Assembly: GCA_965223465.1 (NCBI GenBank)
Contig: OZ245025.1
Location: forward strand, 2,253,900 to 2,317,899
Reading direction: 5' to 3'
Length of the DNA: 64,000 nt
DNA from: Candidatus Poriferihabitaceae bacterium
GTDB taxonomy: Bacteria > Pseudomonadota > Gammaproteobacteria > Arenicellales > Poriferihabitantaceae
The notes beneath the pieces are model-generated. The model searched no databases. It was given only the letters and a program-made list of their open reading frames with translations, and was not told where the DNA came from. Every line of letters begins with the position of its first letter. The stretch's first letter is position 1. This document shows positions 7,932 through 18,317 of the stretch, one piece after another. A program made the position numbers and the translations under genes.

Positions 7932-8528
7932 GATTATTTCCTATATAAAATTTAAGTTTCGTTGCATTATTTTTAGCAACATTGTTTATTTACAAATTTC
8001 CGTTTACTTCAATTAAGTCCTTTACATTGATACCTCCTAAATTCCTTTTCGAGGTTCGCATTAGACGCGATTGTTGATTTCTACCGCGTGACAAAAATCA
8101 CACTTTGGAAATTGTCTGAAAATTTTTACAGAAGATTTTGCAGTATGGTTCGTCCAAGGCAGGTATCCGAACAGTGTGGTGATTTTTATGTGACTACCAG
8201 ACTGCCGAATGGTGGTTTGTTGTGCGAGTCGCTAAGTGCACCGGAGCTTAGTCAGCCATAAAACAAAACCATAGTTTGAATTCACAGGATCATTAATCCT
8301 TATCCGGTAGGTTTGAGTCGGTACCAGTGGTGTTCTATAATGCATGCGATGGGCATTGCGTAGACCTGATACCAGCCGCGCAAGGTTTTTAAAACTAATA
8401 TAACCCGAGCGCCTATCATTAATATTCACTGGTCACGCTACTTTGAGTCGGCGTCCTAAAATATCGTTGGTAGTCAATCGAACGAACCAATCCACAAGAG
8501 CATTACTGTCGAGGAGGAGGTGTTTTAG

Positions 8529-9089
8529 ATGTTTCAAGTACGTATTCACGGTCGGGGTGGACAAGGCGTTGTATCTGCCGCTGAAATGCTGTCAATTGCT
8601 GCCTTTGAACAGGGCATGTTCTCCCAGGCGTTCCCGAGTTTTGGTTCCGAGCGAATGGGCGCGCCCGTTGTATCCTACGTGCGTATGGACGATGACGTCA
8701 TCGAGCTACGCGAACCAGTGTTTGAACCTGATCTGCTGGTGATTCAAGATCCAACCCTGTTTCACGCTGTCGATGTTTTCGAAGGACTGAAAGCAGATGG
8801 CTTCGTGTTGATCAATTCGAGAAGACAGCCTGAGGAATTGGGCATCCAGGAAGCAACCGATAAATTACCATCCGGTCACGTCGCCACAATTCCTGCTACC
8901 CATCTGGCGATGCAGTATCTCAAACGGTCCACGCCTAATACAGTTTTACTGGGGGCCTTTACCGCGATGAGTGAACTGCTCAAAATAGAATCAGTCGAAA
9001 AAGCCATCCTGGATAAATTTTCTGGTGCAGTAGGTGAAAGTAATGTCGCGGCTGCGCGTGCAGCCAAACAAGCCACTGTCATCTGTTGA
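8529..9089 (+). CDS. porG: 2-oxoacid:acceptor oxidoreductase, gamma subunit (PorG-like)
   Basis: N-terminus MFQVRIHGRGGQGVVSAAEMLSIAAF is the family signature. A strong RBS (ggaggagg) lies upstream. Confidence 0.85.
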   Translation: MFQVRIHGRGGQGVVSAAEMLSIAAFEQGMFSQAFPSFGSERMGAPVVSYVRMDDDVIELREPVFEPDLLVIQDPTLFHAVDVFEGLKADGFVLINSRRQPEELGIQEATDKLPSGHVATIPATHLAMQYLKRSTPNTVLLGAFTAMSELLKIESVEKAILDKFSGAVGESNVAAARAAKQATVIC

Positions 9090-9100
9090 GGAAATAAGCA

Positions 9101-10354
9101 ATGCGAAAACAAATCGAAGGTTCCCAGGCAGTCGCAGAAGCCGTTGCCCTGTGCCGGCCTGAAGTCATCTCTGCCTACCCGATCACGCCGCAGACTCATA
9201 TCGTGGAGGACCTGGGTGTGATGGTTAAATCTGGTGAATTGTCACCCTGCGAATTCATGCTGGTGGAATCAGAATTTGGTGCCTTGAGCGCTTGCATCGG
9301 TTCTTCTTCAGCAGGGGCACGAAGTTATACCGCCACCTCAAGCCAGGGCATGTTGTTTATGATGGAAGCGGTTTACAATGCTTCCGGGATCGGATTGCCA
9401 ATTGTGATGACGGTGGGTAACCGCGCTATTGGTGCACCAATCAATATCTGGAATGACTGGAGTGACTCCATGTCAGCACGAGATGCCGGCTGGATTCAGC
9501 TGTTTGTGGAGGACAATCAACAGGCGGTGGATGTGCATATCCAGGCGTTTAAGCTTGCAGAAGAACTTTCCCTGCCGGTCATGGTGTGTATGGACGGGTT
9601 TATCCTGACCCATGCTTATGAACAGGTCGACATACCCTCCCAAGAGCAGGTTGACGGGTTCTTACCTCCTTTTCAGCCACGCCAGGTTCTGGACCCTGCT
9701 GCGCCGCTTTCCATCGGCGCGATGGTTGGCCCCGAAGCGTTTACCGAAGTGCGGTTTCTGGCGCACTTCAAACAACTTCAGGCATTGGAACTGATTCCGC
9801 AACATTCTCGAAACTACACCGATATCATCGGGCGAGACTCAGGTGGGCTGATCAAGTCATTTGAAGCAGAAGGCGCTGAAACCGTGGTCATTACCATGGG
9901 CTCCGTGATCGGCACTTTCAAACACGTTCTGGCTGAGATGCGTGAACACGGGCACTCCGTTGGGGCGATTACGATTCGGTCTTACCGGCCATTCCCGAGA
10001 GATGCCCTGCGCGCGGCCTTAAAAGATGCCAAACGCGTTATTGTATTTGAAAAATGTCTGGCAGTTGGCATGGGTGGCGTTGTTGCCATGAATGTTCGAA
10101 CCGCGCTTGAAGGTTTTTCCTTACCGGTTTATTCAGTGATTGGGGGCTTGGGTGGCCGACCAATTACCCAAGAAAACTTACGCCGCATGCTGAATAAGGG
10201 CGTGAATGACGATCTCGAAGAGCCCCATTTTCATGATGTGCAGATGGATGTCGTCAACAAAGAGCTGGAACGAGAACGCACTGAACGACGCAGTGGCGGG
10301 CGCGCTGAAAACATACTGCGCGAGATGGGTATTGCGGCCACCGGTAAAAACTAA
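9101..10354 (+). CDS. porA: 2-oxoacid:acceptor oxidoreductase, alpha subunit (PorA-like)
   Basis: 417 aa; GSQAVAEAVALCRPEVISAYPITPQTHIVE is a typical alpha-subunit start. Confidence 0.85.
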   Translation: MRKQIEGSQAVAEAVALCRPEVISAYPITPQTHIVEDLGVMVKSGELSPCEFMLVESEFGALSACIGSSSAGARSYTATSSQGMLFMMEAVYNASGIGLPIVMTVGNRAIGAPINIWNDWSDSMSARDAGWIQLFVEDNQQAVDVHIQAFKLAEELSLPVMVCMDGFILTHAYEQVDIPSQEQVDGFLPPFQPRQVLDPAAPLSIGAMVGPEAFTEVRFLAHFKQLQALELIPQHSRNYTDIIGRDSGGLIKSFEAEGAETVVITMGSVIGTFKHVLAEMREHGHSVGAITIRSYRPFPRDALRAALKDAKRVIVFEKCLAVGMGGVVAMNVRTALEGFSLPVYSVIGGLGGRPITQENLRRMLNKGVNDDLEEPHFHDVQMDVVNKELERERTERRSGGRAENILREMGIAATGKN

Positions 10355-10369
10355 GCAGGAGAGACCAAC

Positions 10370-11386
10370 ATGAAAAATATTCCCGAATCCCAGCAAAAAG
10401 TAAAATTTTATCAAACCGGTACTTTTACCGTAGGTAATCGATTGCTCGACTCAGCTCAGCGTACCGTGCAGGCCACTATTGATCGGTCTAACTCGCTCGA
10501 TTCCGGCCATCGTGCTTGTCAGGGTTGTGGTGAAGCCCTGGGTGCTCGCTACGCGCTCGACGCAGCCATGCGCGCAACTGATCGTCAATTGATTGCCGCT
10601 AATGCAACTGGATGCCTGGAAGTATTCACTACGCCGTATCCGGAAACCGCCTGGTCCATCCCCTGGGTGCATTCACTGTTTGGTAATGCCGCGGCGGTCG
10701 GTGCAGGTATAGCCGCAGCAATGAAGGTCAAGGGACGCCAGGATGTACGAGTGATCGCACAGGGTGGAGATGGTGGTACCACTGATATTGGCATGGGGTG
10801 TTTGTCAGGTATGTTCGATCGTAATGATGACGTTTTGTATATCTGCTATAACAACCAGGGCTATATGAACACCGGTGTACAGCGCTCCAGTGCTACCCCG
10901 GGCGCCGCCCGTACTGCCACCACCCAGCCAGTCGGAAACCAACCCGGCAATGATTTTAATACCGGAAAAAGTGTCCCCTTGATCGCCATGGCGCACAATA
11001 TACCGTACGTTGCAACAGCCGGAGTTCATGATCTGCATGATCTGGAATATAAGATTACCAAAGCGATGGAGTTTAGAGGGTCTCGCTATGTTGAGATTTT
11101 TGTGCCCTGCCCACTGGGCTGGGGATCGACCCCAGGTGATACCATCAAGCTTTCCAGGCTAGCGGCTGAAACCGGGTTTTTTCCGCTATTTGAAAGTGAA
11201 AATGGTGAAATAACCGCGGTAACCAAAATCCGTCGACTACAGCCTGTAGATGAATTTTTGCGTTTGCAGCGTCGTTTCGCGCATGTATTCAAACCTGAAA
11301 ATGCCGACCAGCTAGAACATTTGCGCGCGATTGCGCAGCGAAATATCAGGCGCTTTGATCTGGTCGATGAGGAGGTACCAGCATGA
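10370..11386 (+). CDS. porB: 2-oxoacid:acceptor oxidoreductase, beta subunit (TPP- and Fe-S-binding, PorB-like)
   Basis: 338 aa with the CQGCGE cysteine motif and the GDGGTTDIGMGCLSG TPP-binding motif. Confidence 0.85.
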   Translation: MKNIPESQQKVKFYQTGTFTVGNRLLDSAQRTVQATIDRSNSLDSGHRACQGCGEALGARYALDAAMRATDRQLIAANATGCLEVFTTPYPETAWSIPWVHSLFGNAAAVGAGIAAAMKVKGRQDVRVIAQGGDGGTTDIGMGCLSGMFDRNDDVLYICYNNQGYMNTGVQRSSATPGAARTATTQPVGNQPGNDFNTGKSVPLIAMAHNIPYVATAGVHDLHDLEYKITKAMEFRGSRYVEIFVPCPLGWGSTPGDTIKLSRLAAETGFFPLFESENGEITAVTKIRRLQPVDEFLRLQRRFAHVFKPENADQLEHLRAIAQRNIRRFDLVDEEVPA

Positions 11387-13032
11387 GCAACGATGCGCCA
11401 ATTCAGGATAAACCATTTGCGATCACGCTGGATGTCGGCACTAGCCGACTGAACAAAACCGGCACTTGGCGTACCGAAAAGCCAGTTTACCTCGACCGTT
11501 TACCACCCTGTAATCATGCCTGCCCAGCAGGTGAAAATATCCAGGCCTGGTTGGCGTTGGCAGAGGAAGGGGATTATCAAAGTGCCTGGCGAGAAATTGT
11601 CAAAAACAATCCACTGCCTGCGATCATGGGTCGAGCCTGCTACCACCCTTGTGAGTCGGCGTGCAATAGACGTGAGCTGGATGAAGCAGTTGGCATCCAT
11701 GCAGTTGAGCGCTTTTTGGGAGACCAGGCGATCAAACATGACTGGCAGTTTGATAAACCGTCTAGCCACAGTGGTAAAAAGATTCTGGTGATTGGTGCGG
11801 GACCGAGTGGTCTTTCCGCGGCTTACCACCTGGCCACCCTTGGACACCAGGTCGAAATTCATGAGGCTGGCCCTGTAGCCGGGGGGATGATGCGGTTTGG
11901 AATTCCGCGGTATCGCCTGCCGAGGGATACGGTTGACGCCGAGATCCAGCGTATAGTCAATCTCGGGATAACATTAAAACTAAACACGCCGGTAGATGAT
12001 ATCCAGTCAGCCATCAAACAAGGCGGATTTGACGCTTGTTTTGTGGCCATTGGCGCGCATTTGGCCAATCGGGTTGATATACCTGCCCCGGATGCGACAC
12101 GTATTCTTGATGCGGTTAAGGTCTTACATGATATGGAAACGGATGAAGCTCCACCGCAGCTGGGACGCAAAGTCATCGTTTATGGCGGCGGCAATACCGC
12201 CGTGGATATGGCGCGTACCGCAAAACGTCTGGGTGCCAGTGAGGCAGTAATTGTCTACCGACGCACACGCGAACAAATGCCAGCACATGATTTTGAAATG
12301 GATGAAGCCATCGAAGAAGGCGTGGTAGTAAACTGGTTAAGGACCATCACCCAGGCGGATGAAAAAGAATTTACCATTGAGAAAATGGAGCTGGATGAAA
12401 ACGGTAAACCGCAGCCGACCGGAGAATACGAAACGATTGAGGCGGATACACTAGTGCTCGCATTAGGGCAAAACGTGGATACCCAAATTCTGGATAATTT
12501 GCCTGATGTCAGTATTAAAAACGGTGTGGTTGAAGTAGACAGCAATATGATGACAGGCCACAAAGGCGTGTTTGCCGGTGGCGATATGGTACCTTCTGAA
12601 AGAACCGTCACGGTGGCGGTAGGCCATGGAAAAAAGGCGGCCAGGCATATTGACGCTTATTTAAAGGGCGAATCCTATATTAAGCCCAAAGCACCCGAGC
12701 TGGTTGATTTTGATATGTTGAATACCTGGTATTACACCGATGCGGAAGCGGCGGTACAACCGATGCTAGATAACATTCGTCGTCAATCAACTTTCGATGA
12801 AGTCTTAAGTGGTTTGGATAAAAACAACGCATTGTACGAAGCGCGCCGCTGCCTTTCTTGCGGTAACTGTTTTGAGTGTGACAATTGTTATGGCGTCTGT
12901 CCGGATAATGCTGTGATTAAAAAGGGCCCCGGCAAACGTTTTGAGTTCAAGTATGATTACTGTAAAGGATGCGCAATGTGCGCCACAGAATGCCCCTGTG
13001 GGGCGATAAAGATGGTTCCGGAGGAGATATAA
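11383..13032 (+). CDS. GltD/SudA-like NAD(P)H flavoprotein fused to a C-terminal 2x[4Fe-4S] ferredoxin domain
   Basis: 549 aa. The N-terminal Fe-S region (CNHACPAGENIQ...CYHPCESACNR) and the dinucleotide fold (KILVIGAGPSGLSAAYHL; VIVYGGGNTAVDMA) match glutamate-synthase small-subunit relatives. The C-terminus carries CLSCGNCFECDNCYGVCP and CKGCAMCATECPCGAI. The ATGA overlap with porB suggests translational coupling. Confidence 0.8.
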   Translation: MSNDAPIQDKPFAITLDVGTSRLNKTGTWRTEKPVYLDRLPPCNHACPAGENIQAWLALAEEGDYQSAWREIVKNNPLPAIMGRACYHPCESACNRRELDEAVGIHAVERFLGDQAIKHDWQFDKPSSHSGKKILVIGAGPSGLSAAYHLATLGHQVEIHEAGPVAGGMMRFGIPRYRLPRDTVDAEIQRIVNLGITLKLNTPVDDIQSAIKQGGFDACFVAIGAHLANRVDIPAPDATRILDAVKVLHDMETDEAPPQLGRKVIVYGGGNTAVDMARTAKRLGASEAVIVYRRTREQMPAHDFEMDEAIEEGVVVNWLRTITQADEKEFTIEKMELDENGKPQPTGEYETIEADTLVLALGQNVDTQILDNLPDVSIKNGVVEVDSNMMTGHKGVFAGGDMVPSERTVTVAVGHGKKAARHIDAYLKGESYIKPKAPELVDFDMLNTWYYTDAEAAVQPMLDNIRRQSTFDEVLSGLDKNNALYEARRCLSCGNCFECDNCYGVCPDNAVIKKGPGKRFEFKYDYCKGCAMCATECPCGAIKMVPEEI

Positions 13033-13075
13033 ACCAGGCTTTAGCCAGTTAAGCTTTGGTCAATGAATACGCAGC

Positions 13076-13528
13076 TTAGTCGACCAATTCGCTTATCGCA
13101 CAAGGCTCAAGACCAATCTGCTCCAATGTAGGGTTCTGGAATACGCGAATGGTTAATACCGTACTACCCACGATCAAGGTATCAGGCAAACTTACATCAG
13201 AGAAATTCGTCCGACCGGATGCATCTGTACTACTACTCTCTGTAGCAAGTGTACCAATGCCCGACGCTTCAACACGATAAGTTAAAAGCACTGAATTTTC
13301 CGGTGTCGGACTAATAGTCACATTGATATTGCTAATATCGCCGCTCGGGGCTGCCGCGGAAAAATCTGCAACAATGCTACAAGTGAATGCAGGTGATGTT
13401 TGTGCATGTAGGGGTAGTACCAAACTATTAACAACGGGCGTGGTCCAGGCGGCCCCCATGCTAATCTTTTTCAGTGTCTCTCTGCGCGAAGATTTGTAAC
13501 TATTTTTCATCTTAACTCCATCTTTCAA
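13076..13528 (-). CDS. Small exported protein with a Tat-like signal, unknown function
   Basis: SRRETLKKISMGAAWTTPVVNSLVLPLHAQT resembles a twin-arginine signal. The start is probably the internal Met at 13510. Confidence 0.45.
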   Translation of the reverse strand: MKDGVKMKNSYKSSRRETLKKISMGAAWTTPVVNSLVLPLHAQTSPAFTCSIVADFSAAAPSGDISNINVTISPTPENSVLLTYRVEASGIGTLATESSSTDASGRTNFSDVSLPDTLIVGSTVLTIRVFQNPTLEQIGLEPCAISELVD

Positions 13529-14021
13529 TAAACTGAGGTTAAATAAACCACAGGATATATTTATGATCGTCAGGTTAGGGGCTTGTCTGCACAGCGCTGT
13601 ACGCTGGTATATTGGGGTTGAGGAATTATGAGGCTAAAGTTATTAAAAAAATGAATATTCTATCGTTTTCTTAACGGTCGGCTACAATGTTAAGTTAGAC
13701 ACCGACTTTATGTCCAATCCGATATTCTAAGTCAACCGCCCCTTCGAACTAACATCAGCTAGCCGTTTCATTTAAATATCGTACCTCTTCAACGCAAGTT
13801 GGTCAGTTGGGGATGATTGCAGAAAACTGTTTCAGATAATAACTAACCTTAGCAGGAAGTAATGTGGTCGAAACGATAATCCAGGAAAACAAGTAATTGA
13901 GTTCCAGATAAATATTGGGCTCTGGTAGGTCTAAATACTCAACCAATGGGATTAACAGCCCAATGATTTTACCGAAAATTTGCACAGCTACAATTTTCCA
14001 ACTCACTAATTGATTGAGAAT

Positions 14022-14098
14022 TGGTGGGCCCGGTAGGACTTGAACCTACGACCAATGGATTATGAGTCCACTGCTCTAACCAACTGAGCTACAGGCCC
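14022..14098 (-). tRNA. ileX: tRNA with CAU anticodon, most likely tRNA-Ile2 (lysidine type, ileX-like)
   Basis: Minus strand reads GGGCCTGTAGCTCAGTTGGTTAGAGCAGTGGACTCATAATCCATTGGTCGTAGGTTCAAGTCCTACCGGGCCCACCA, a full cloverleaf. The C4:G69 and C5:G68 pairs and the TTCAAGT T-loop resemble E. coli ileX rather than elongator Met. It sits just downstream of rpoD, as ileX does in E. coli. Confidence 0.8.
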
Positions 14099-14196
14099 TT
14101 ATGTTGCAACCAGCGGATATAATGCGTGGAACAATGCGGGTTGCGAGGGAGGCGCGATGTTACCGCAGAGATACATCTGCGGCAAATCTATTTGGT

Positions 14197-16368
14197 TTAT
14201 TCGTTCAGAAAGTTTTTCAGCATTTCTGAGCGGCTTGGGTGGCGTAATTTTCGTAACGCCTTGGCTTCGATTTGACGAATGCGCTCGCGCGTAACATCGA
14301 ATTGTTTGCCTACCTCTTCCAGAGTGTGATCGGTATTCATATTAATCCCGAAACGCATTTGCAAGACCTTCGCTTCACGCTCAGTGAGCGATTCCAATAT
14401 CGTTTTAGTCGCATCACGCAATCCAATATTGGTAGCAAACTCATCTGGCGCGGTGATATTTTTATCTTCAATAAAATCACCCAAATGTGAGTCGTCATCG
14501 TCGCCTACTGGCGTTTCCATCGAAATCGGCTCTTTGGCAATTTTGAGTACTTTACGCACCTTGTCTTCAGGCATTTCCATTAACTCGGATAACTCTTCCG
14601 GGGTGGCTTCGCGGCCTTTTTCCTGCATGATTTGACGCGACATACGATTCAGTTTGTTTATCGTCTCAATCATGTGAACCGGGATACGAATGGTACGCGC
14701 TTGATCCGCGATTGAGCGGGTAATGGCCTGACGAATCCACCAGGTTGCGTAAGTGGAAAATTTGTAACCGCGTCGATACTCAAATTTATCGACTGCCTTC
14801 ATCAAACCAATGTTACCTTCCTGAATTAAATCCAAAAACTGTAGGCCACGGTTGGTATATTTTTTCGCAATAGAGATGACCAGACGCAAATTGGCTTCGA
14901 CCATCTCTTTTTTCGCGCGACGCGCCTTTGCTTCACCGATTGACATACGCCTTGCGATGTCTTTCAGGGTGGGCAACGGCAGGCCCATGCTGGTTTCTAT
15001 ACCGCGCATTTGACGCGTATGCAAAGTAAGATGATCGCTAAATTGATGCAATTGCTTAGCCTCGTTCGGTGCTGCTTCAATGAGCTTGTCCAGCCATGTT
15101 TCATCCGTTTCATTGCCGATGAAAACGCCCGTAAAGGTATTACGTGGTACTTTACATTTAGAAATACAAATGCCAGCAATTTTTCGTTCCAGCTTACGCG
15201 TTTTTTCCAGTGAATCGCGCATTAGATCATTCAATCGTTCGATCTGAATAGGCGTGATTTTAAGCTGCATTAGTTCGTCCGCAATCTTCTGTAACTGGGC
15301 TTGCGCTTTATCGGATACGTTGCTTTCATTCTCCAGAATTTTCTCGTAATTCCGATACAGCGTTCTAATTTTTCTAAAGCGTTTGTTCGCCTCGACTGGA
15401 TCCGGCCCGGTATCTTCTACCACCACGTCGTTTTCACCAGGTTGGGGTGGCAAGATGATGTCAGGGATGACTTCGTTCGGATCAATAAAATCAACCAGAA
15501 AATCAGTCAATTTCATGTCTTCTTCCTTGATCCGGTCAACGATATTAATAACTTCCTCAATCACCCGTGGGCATGTTGAAATCGCCTGATTACGTTGTTT
15601 TAAACCTGCCTCGATACGTTTAGCAAGCCGAATTTCATCTTCACGTGTTAACAGCTCGACCGTACCCATCTCACGCATATACATACGAACGGGGTCGGTG
15701 GTACGGCCAAATTCACTTTCCACCGCGGTTTTCAGCACCGCTTCAGCCTCTTCAACAACCTCCTCGTCCTCGGGGTTGTCAGTAATCAGCAACAGCTCTT
15801 CCGCATCAGGCGCTTTATCAAACACCTCAATACCCATGTCATTGATCATCTTAACAACGGCCTCAATCTGATCGGTGTCATGCATATCTTCGGGCAAATG
15901 ATCGTTGATCTCTGAGTAGGTTAAAAAACCTTGCGCCTTACCTTTAAGGATCATCTGCTTCATCGCGGAGCGCTCCGAAGCTCGTGGTTGTTTTGGCTGG
16001 TCGCTATCCTGCGTTTTGGCTTTATTTGCCTCTACCTTTGGCACAGAAGCGGAAATGTGTGTGCTTGGCTTGGTGTCAATAGCCTGTTTATCAGTGGCCT
16101 TCTTTTCAGCCACCTTCTTTTTGCTAACTTTCTTTTTAGCTATTTTCTTGGCCGTCACTTTTTTCTTACTCGTGACTTTCTTTTTCGCAGTAACTTTCTT
16201 GGCAACTTTTTTCTTGGTAGCTGCTTTTTTGGCAACTTTTTTCTTACTCACGACCTTCTTTTTGGCCGCAATTTTTTTAGCAACTTTTTTCTTGGTCACA
16301 GCCTTGTTACCCGCTATTTTTTTCTTTACAGCAACCTTCTTTTTAGCGGTGGTTTTTTTTGCAGCCAT
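14197..16368 (-). CDS. rpoD: RNA polymerase sigma-70 (RpoD) with a ~135-aa lysine-rich N-terminal extension
   Basis: 723 aa. The canonical regions are all present ([94 protein letters not shown]). Residues 1-95 are KKKVA-type repeats. Confidence 0.95.
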   Translation of the reverse strand: MAAKKTTAKKKVAVKKKIAGNKAVTKKKVAKKIAAKKKVVSKKKVAKKAATKKKVAKKVTAKKKVTSKKKVTAKKIAKKKVSKKKVAEKKATDKQAIDTKPSTHISASVPKVEANKAKTQDSDQPKQPRASERSAMKQMILKGKAQGFLTYSEINDHLPEDMHDTDQIEAVVKMINDMGIEVFDKAPDAEELLLITDNPEDEEVVEEAEAVLKTAVESEFGRTTDPVRMYMREMGTVELLTREDEIRLAKRIEAGLKQRNQAISTCPRVIEEVINIVDRIKEEDMKLTDFLVDFIDPNEVIPDIILPPQPGENDVVVEDTGPDPVEANKRFRKIRTLYRNYEKILENESNVSDKAQAQLQKIADELMQLKITPIQIERLNDLMRDSLEKTRKLERKIAGICISKCKVPRNTFTGVFIGNETDETWLDKLIEAAPNEAKQLHQFSDHLTLHTRQMRGIETSMGLPLPTLKDIARRMSIGEAKARRAKKEMVEANLRLVISIAKKYTNRGLQFLDLIQEGNIGLMKAVDKFEYRRGYKFSTYATWWIRQAITRSIADQARTIRIPVHMIETINKLNRMSRQIMQEKGREATPEELSELMEMPEDKVRKVLKIAKEPISMETPVGDDDDSHLGDFIEDKNITAPDEFATNIGLRDATKTILESLTEREAKVLQMRFGINMNTDHTLEEVGKQFDVTRERIRQIEAKALRKLRHPSRSEMLKNFLNE

Positions 16369-16578
16369 TCAGTCAACCTCTTTTTATGTCGTGTGCCAAA
16401 ATCAAAAAGCGCGTAAATATACCCTAATCGCCTCTGAATCTCCACAATTGTAGGGGTAATTCAAGCAATTTATTTTTGGGGGCACGTCATTCATATTCAA
16501 GGGTTTTCTGGGGAAAGGGGTAAAATATGCCGCCCATATGCGTATAATCGCGCACCCAACTAGATTAATCCTTTAGCT

Positions 16579-17457
16579 ATGGCGCAAAAACTAAAACTGG
16601 GTATCCCAAAAGGCAGCCTGGAATCATCCACTTTAAAGCTGTTTAAACAGGCGGGATGGAACATAACATCGCGAGCTCGCCACTATTTTCCCAGCGTGAA
16701 TGATGACGAACTTTCCTGCAAACTCATCAAGGCACAGGAGCTTAGTACCTATGTTGAAAGCGGCGTACTAGACTGTGGCCTGACCGGACAGGATTGGACG
16801 ATCGAAAACGACTCAGATATCGAAGAAATATGCGGTCTTAATTATTCTAAATCATCTGATCAGGGGTGCCGCTGGGTACTAATAGTTAAGAATGATTCCC
16901 CTGTTCAATCGATTGAAGATCTACAGGGCAAAATTGTTGTTACCGAATTGATGGATTTTACCCAACGCTATCTAAAAGAACGAAATATTGACGCAAGCGT
17001 CCAATATTCGTGGGGGGCAACTGAAGCGAAGGTAGTAGAGGGGCTGGCAGATGCAGCGGTTGAGATTACTGAAACCGGCACCACTATTCGCGCCCACGGT
17101 TTGCGCATCGTTGAAGATTTGCTCCACACGCATACGGTTTTTGTAGCCAATAAACAGGCGATGCAAGACCCGTTCAAGCGCAACAAGATCGAGAATATCG
17201 CATTGATGTTACAAAGCGCCATGGCCGCGCGCGAGAAGGTATTGTTAAAACTGAATGCGCCGGTTGCAAATCTCGACAATATTGTCGCAGCATTGCCGAG
17301 TTTACACGCGCCTACAATCAATCGTCTGCATGATGAGGACTGGGTTGCGGTAGAGACCGTCACCAGTCGGCTGCAAACGCGTGATTTGATCCCTAAATTA
17401 AAAGCAGCTGGGGCGGAAGGTATCCTGGAGCTCAATCTAACCAAGTTGGTTGAATAG
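16579..17457 (+). CDS. hisG: ATP phosphoribosyltransferase, long form
   Basis: 292 aa; LKLGIPKGSLE...ADAAVEITETGTTIRAHGL plus a C-terminal regulatory-domain-length tail. Confidence 0.85.
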   Translation: MAQKLKLGIPKGSLESSTLKLFKQAGWNITSRARHYFPSVNDDELSCKLIKAQELSTYVESGVLDCGLTGQDWTIENDSDIEEICGLNYSKSSDQGCRWVLIVKNDSPVQSIEDLQGKIVVTELMDFTQRYLKERNIDASVQYSWGATEAKVVEGLADAAVEITETGTTIRAHGLRIVEDLLHTHTVFVANKQAMQDPFKRNKIENIALMLQSAMAAREKVLLKLNAPVANLDNIVAALPSLHAPTINRLHDEDWVAVETVTSRLQTRDLIPKLKAAGAEGILELNLTKLVE

Positions 17458-17482
17458 CGCATCTTTTACGTATCATAGACGT

Positions 17483-17512
17483 AAAAAAGCAGCGCAATGC
17501 GCTGCTTTTTAT
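17483..17512. terminator. Rho-independent terminator (bidirectional hairpin) between hisG and the LysM gene
   Basis: aaaaaaGCAGCGCaatGCGCTGCttttta: a 7-bp GC stem with an A-run on one side and a T-run on the other. Confidence 0.8.
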
Positions 17513-17561
17513 TTGCTCTTCGCCCTGCTTCTTAACAGGCAACTAGGCTAGTTATCCCTGG

Positions 17562-18011
17562 CTATCCCCCTAGATAAGCCTGGTCAGAAGCCTCAGTTGG
17601 CCCGACGGCCCATGCACCACGCGTCTTGGCATGGTTTACGGCGCGGTCGATATCACCTTGGCTTAAAGAACGCGGGATATCAAATACCTGACCAGGATAT
17701 ATCAAATCAGCGTCTTTAATTTGGCTGGCGTTCGCCTTATAGATTAACGGCCAATTATATGCGGTACCGTAAATTTCATCTTTCTTGGAGATACACCAAA
17801 GATTATCGTCTTTAACCACTGTGTAGCTGGTAAAGTCACTTGATGGAACATCGGCAGCTGCCATGGGTGCCGCCACTTCTTGCTCTGGGGCGGGTGCCGC
17901 CATCGCTTTTTCATCACCTTTGTTCATCTTTGCACTAACACAACCGCCGGCAGTCGCCATAGCAACCGCGAGTGCAGTGAGCCTCAACACATTGAATTTC
18001 GTTTGGTGCAT
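17562..18011 (-). CDS. LysM-domain lipoprotein
   Basis: Lipobox MATAGGC. The LysM segment is YTVVKDDNLWCISKKDEIYGTAYNWPLIYKANASQIKDADLIYPGQVFDIP. Confidence 0.8.
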   Translation of the reverse strand: MHQTKFNVLRLTALAVAMATAGGCVSAKMNKGDEKAMAAPAPEQEVAAPMAAADVPSSDFTSYTVVKDDNLWCISKKDEIYGTAYNWPLIYKANASQIKDADLIYPGQVFDIPRSLSQGDIDRAVNHAKTRGAWAVGPTEASDQAYLGG

Positions 18012-18317
18012 ATTATTCGTCTCTCAAATCAATAAGTTATAATGTCTGTTATTTGCATTTGCGAAACTATGCCAGAAGTCGCTATACAAATACCCCTATA
18101 CGCATTCGAGTTTACGCGTTACGCTTGCTGGAAGCAATACATTGCCTGAAAAATTGTCATTTAGTTGCTTTTTGGCAAAATTCTATTGAATTCACCTCGT
18201 AAGTAAATAAAAACGCGTGAAATATTTCTGCTAACCATCTTCGATATGCAGCCAAGTGTTCTCTGTACCACCCTAGTTTATAGCGCACCTCTATTAGTCA
18301 TACATGGCGCTTAAAGT

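Noticed and set aside
8160-8420. CCGGTAGGT...GGTACC string reminiscent of part of a c-di-GMP-I (GEMM-I) aptamer
   Set aside because: The hallmark GGCAAA and ACGCAAAGC elements are absent and no two-hairpin architecture is evident. I treat it as chance similarity.
13530-14021. AT-rich ~490-bp segment abutting the 3' end of the tRNA(CAU) gene, with a 67-aa hydrophobic ORF (13803-14006); possible genomic-island remnant
   Set aside because: There is no integrase and no direct repeat of the tRNA 3' end. The ORF has no RBS or recognisable family. Evidence is insufficient.
15931-16453. Two long plus-strand ORFs (161 and 145 aa), F/L-rich
   Set aside because: They are the antisense reading of the AAG/AAA-rich lysine-repeat region of rpoD. 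They are low-complexity, have no RBS, and are fully embedded in a high-confidence gene.
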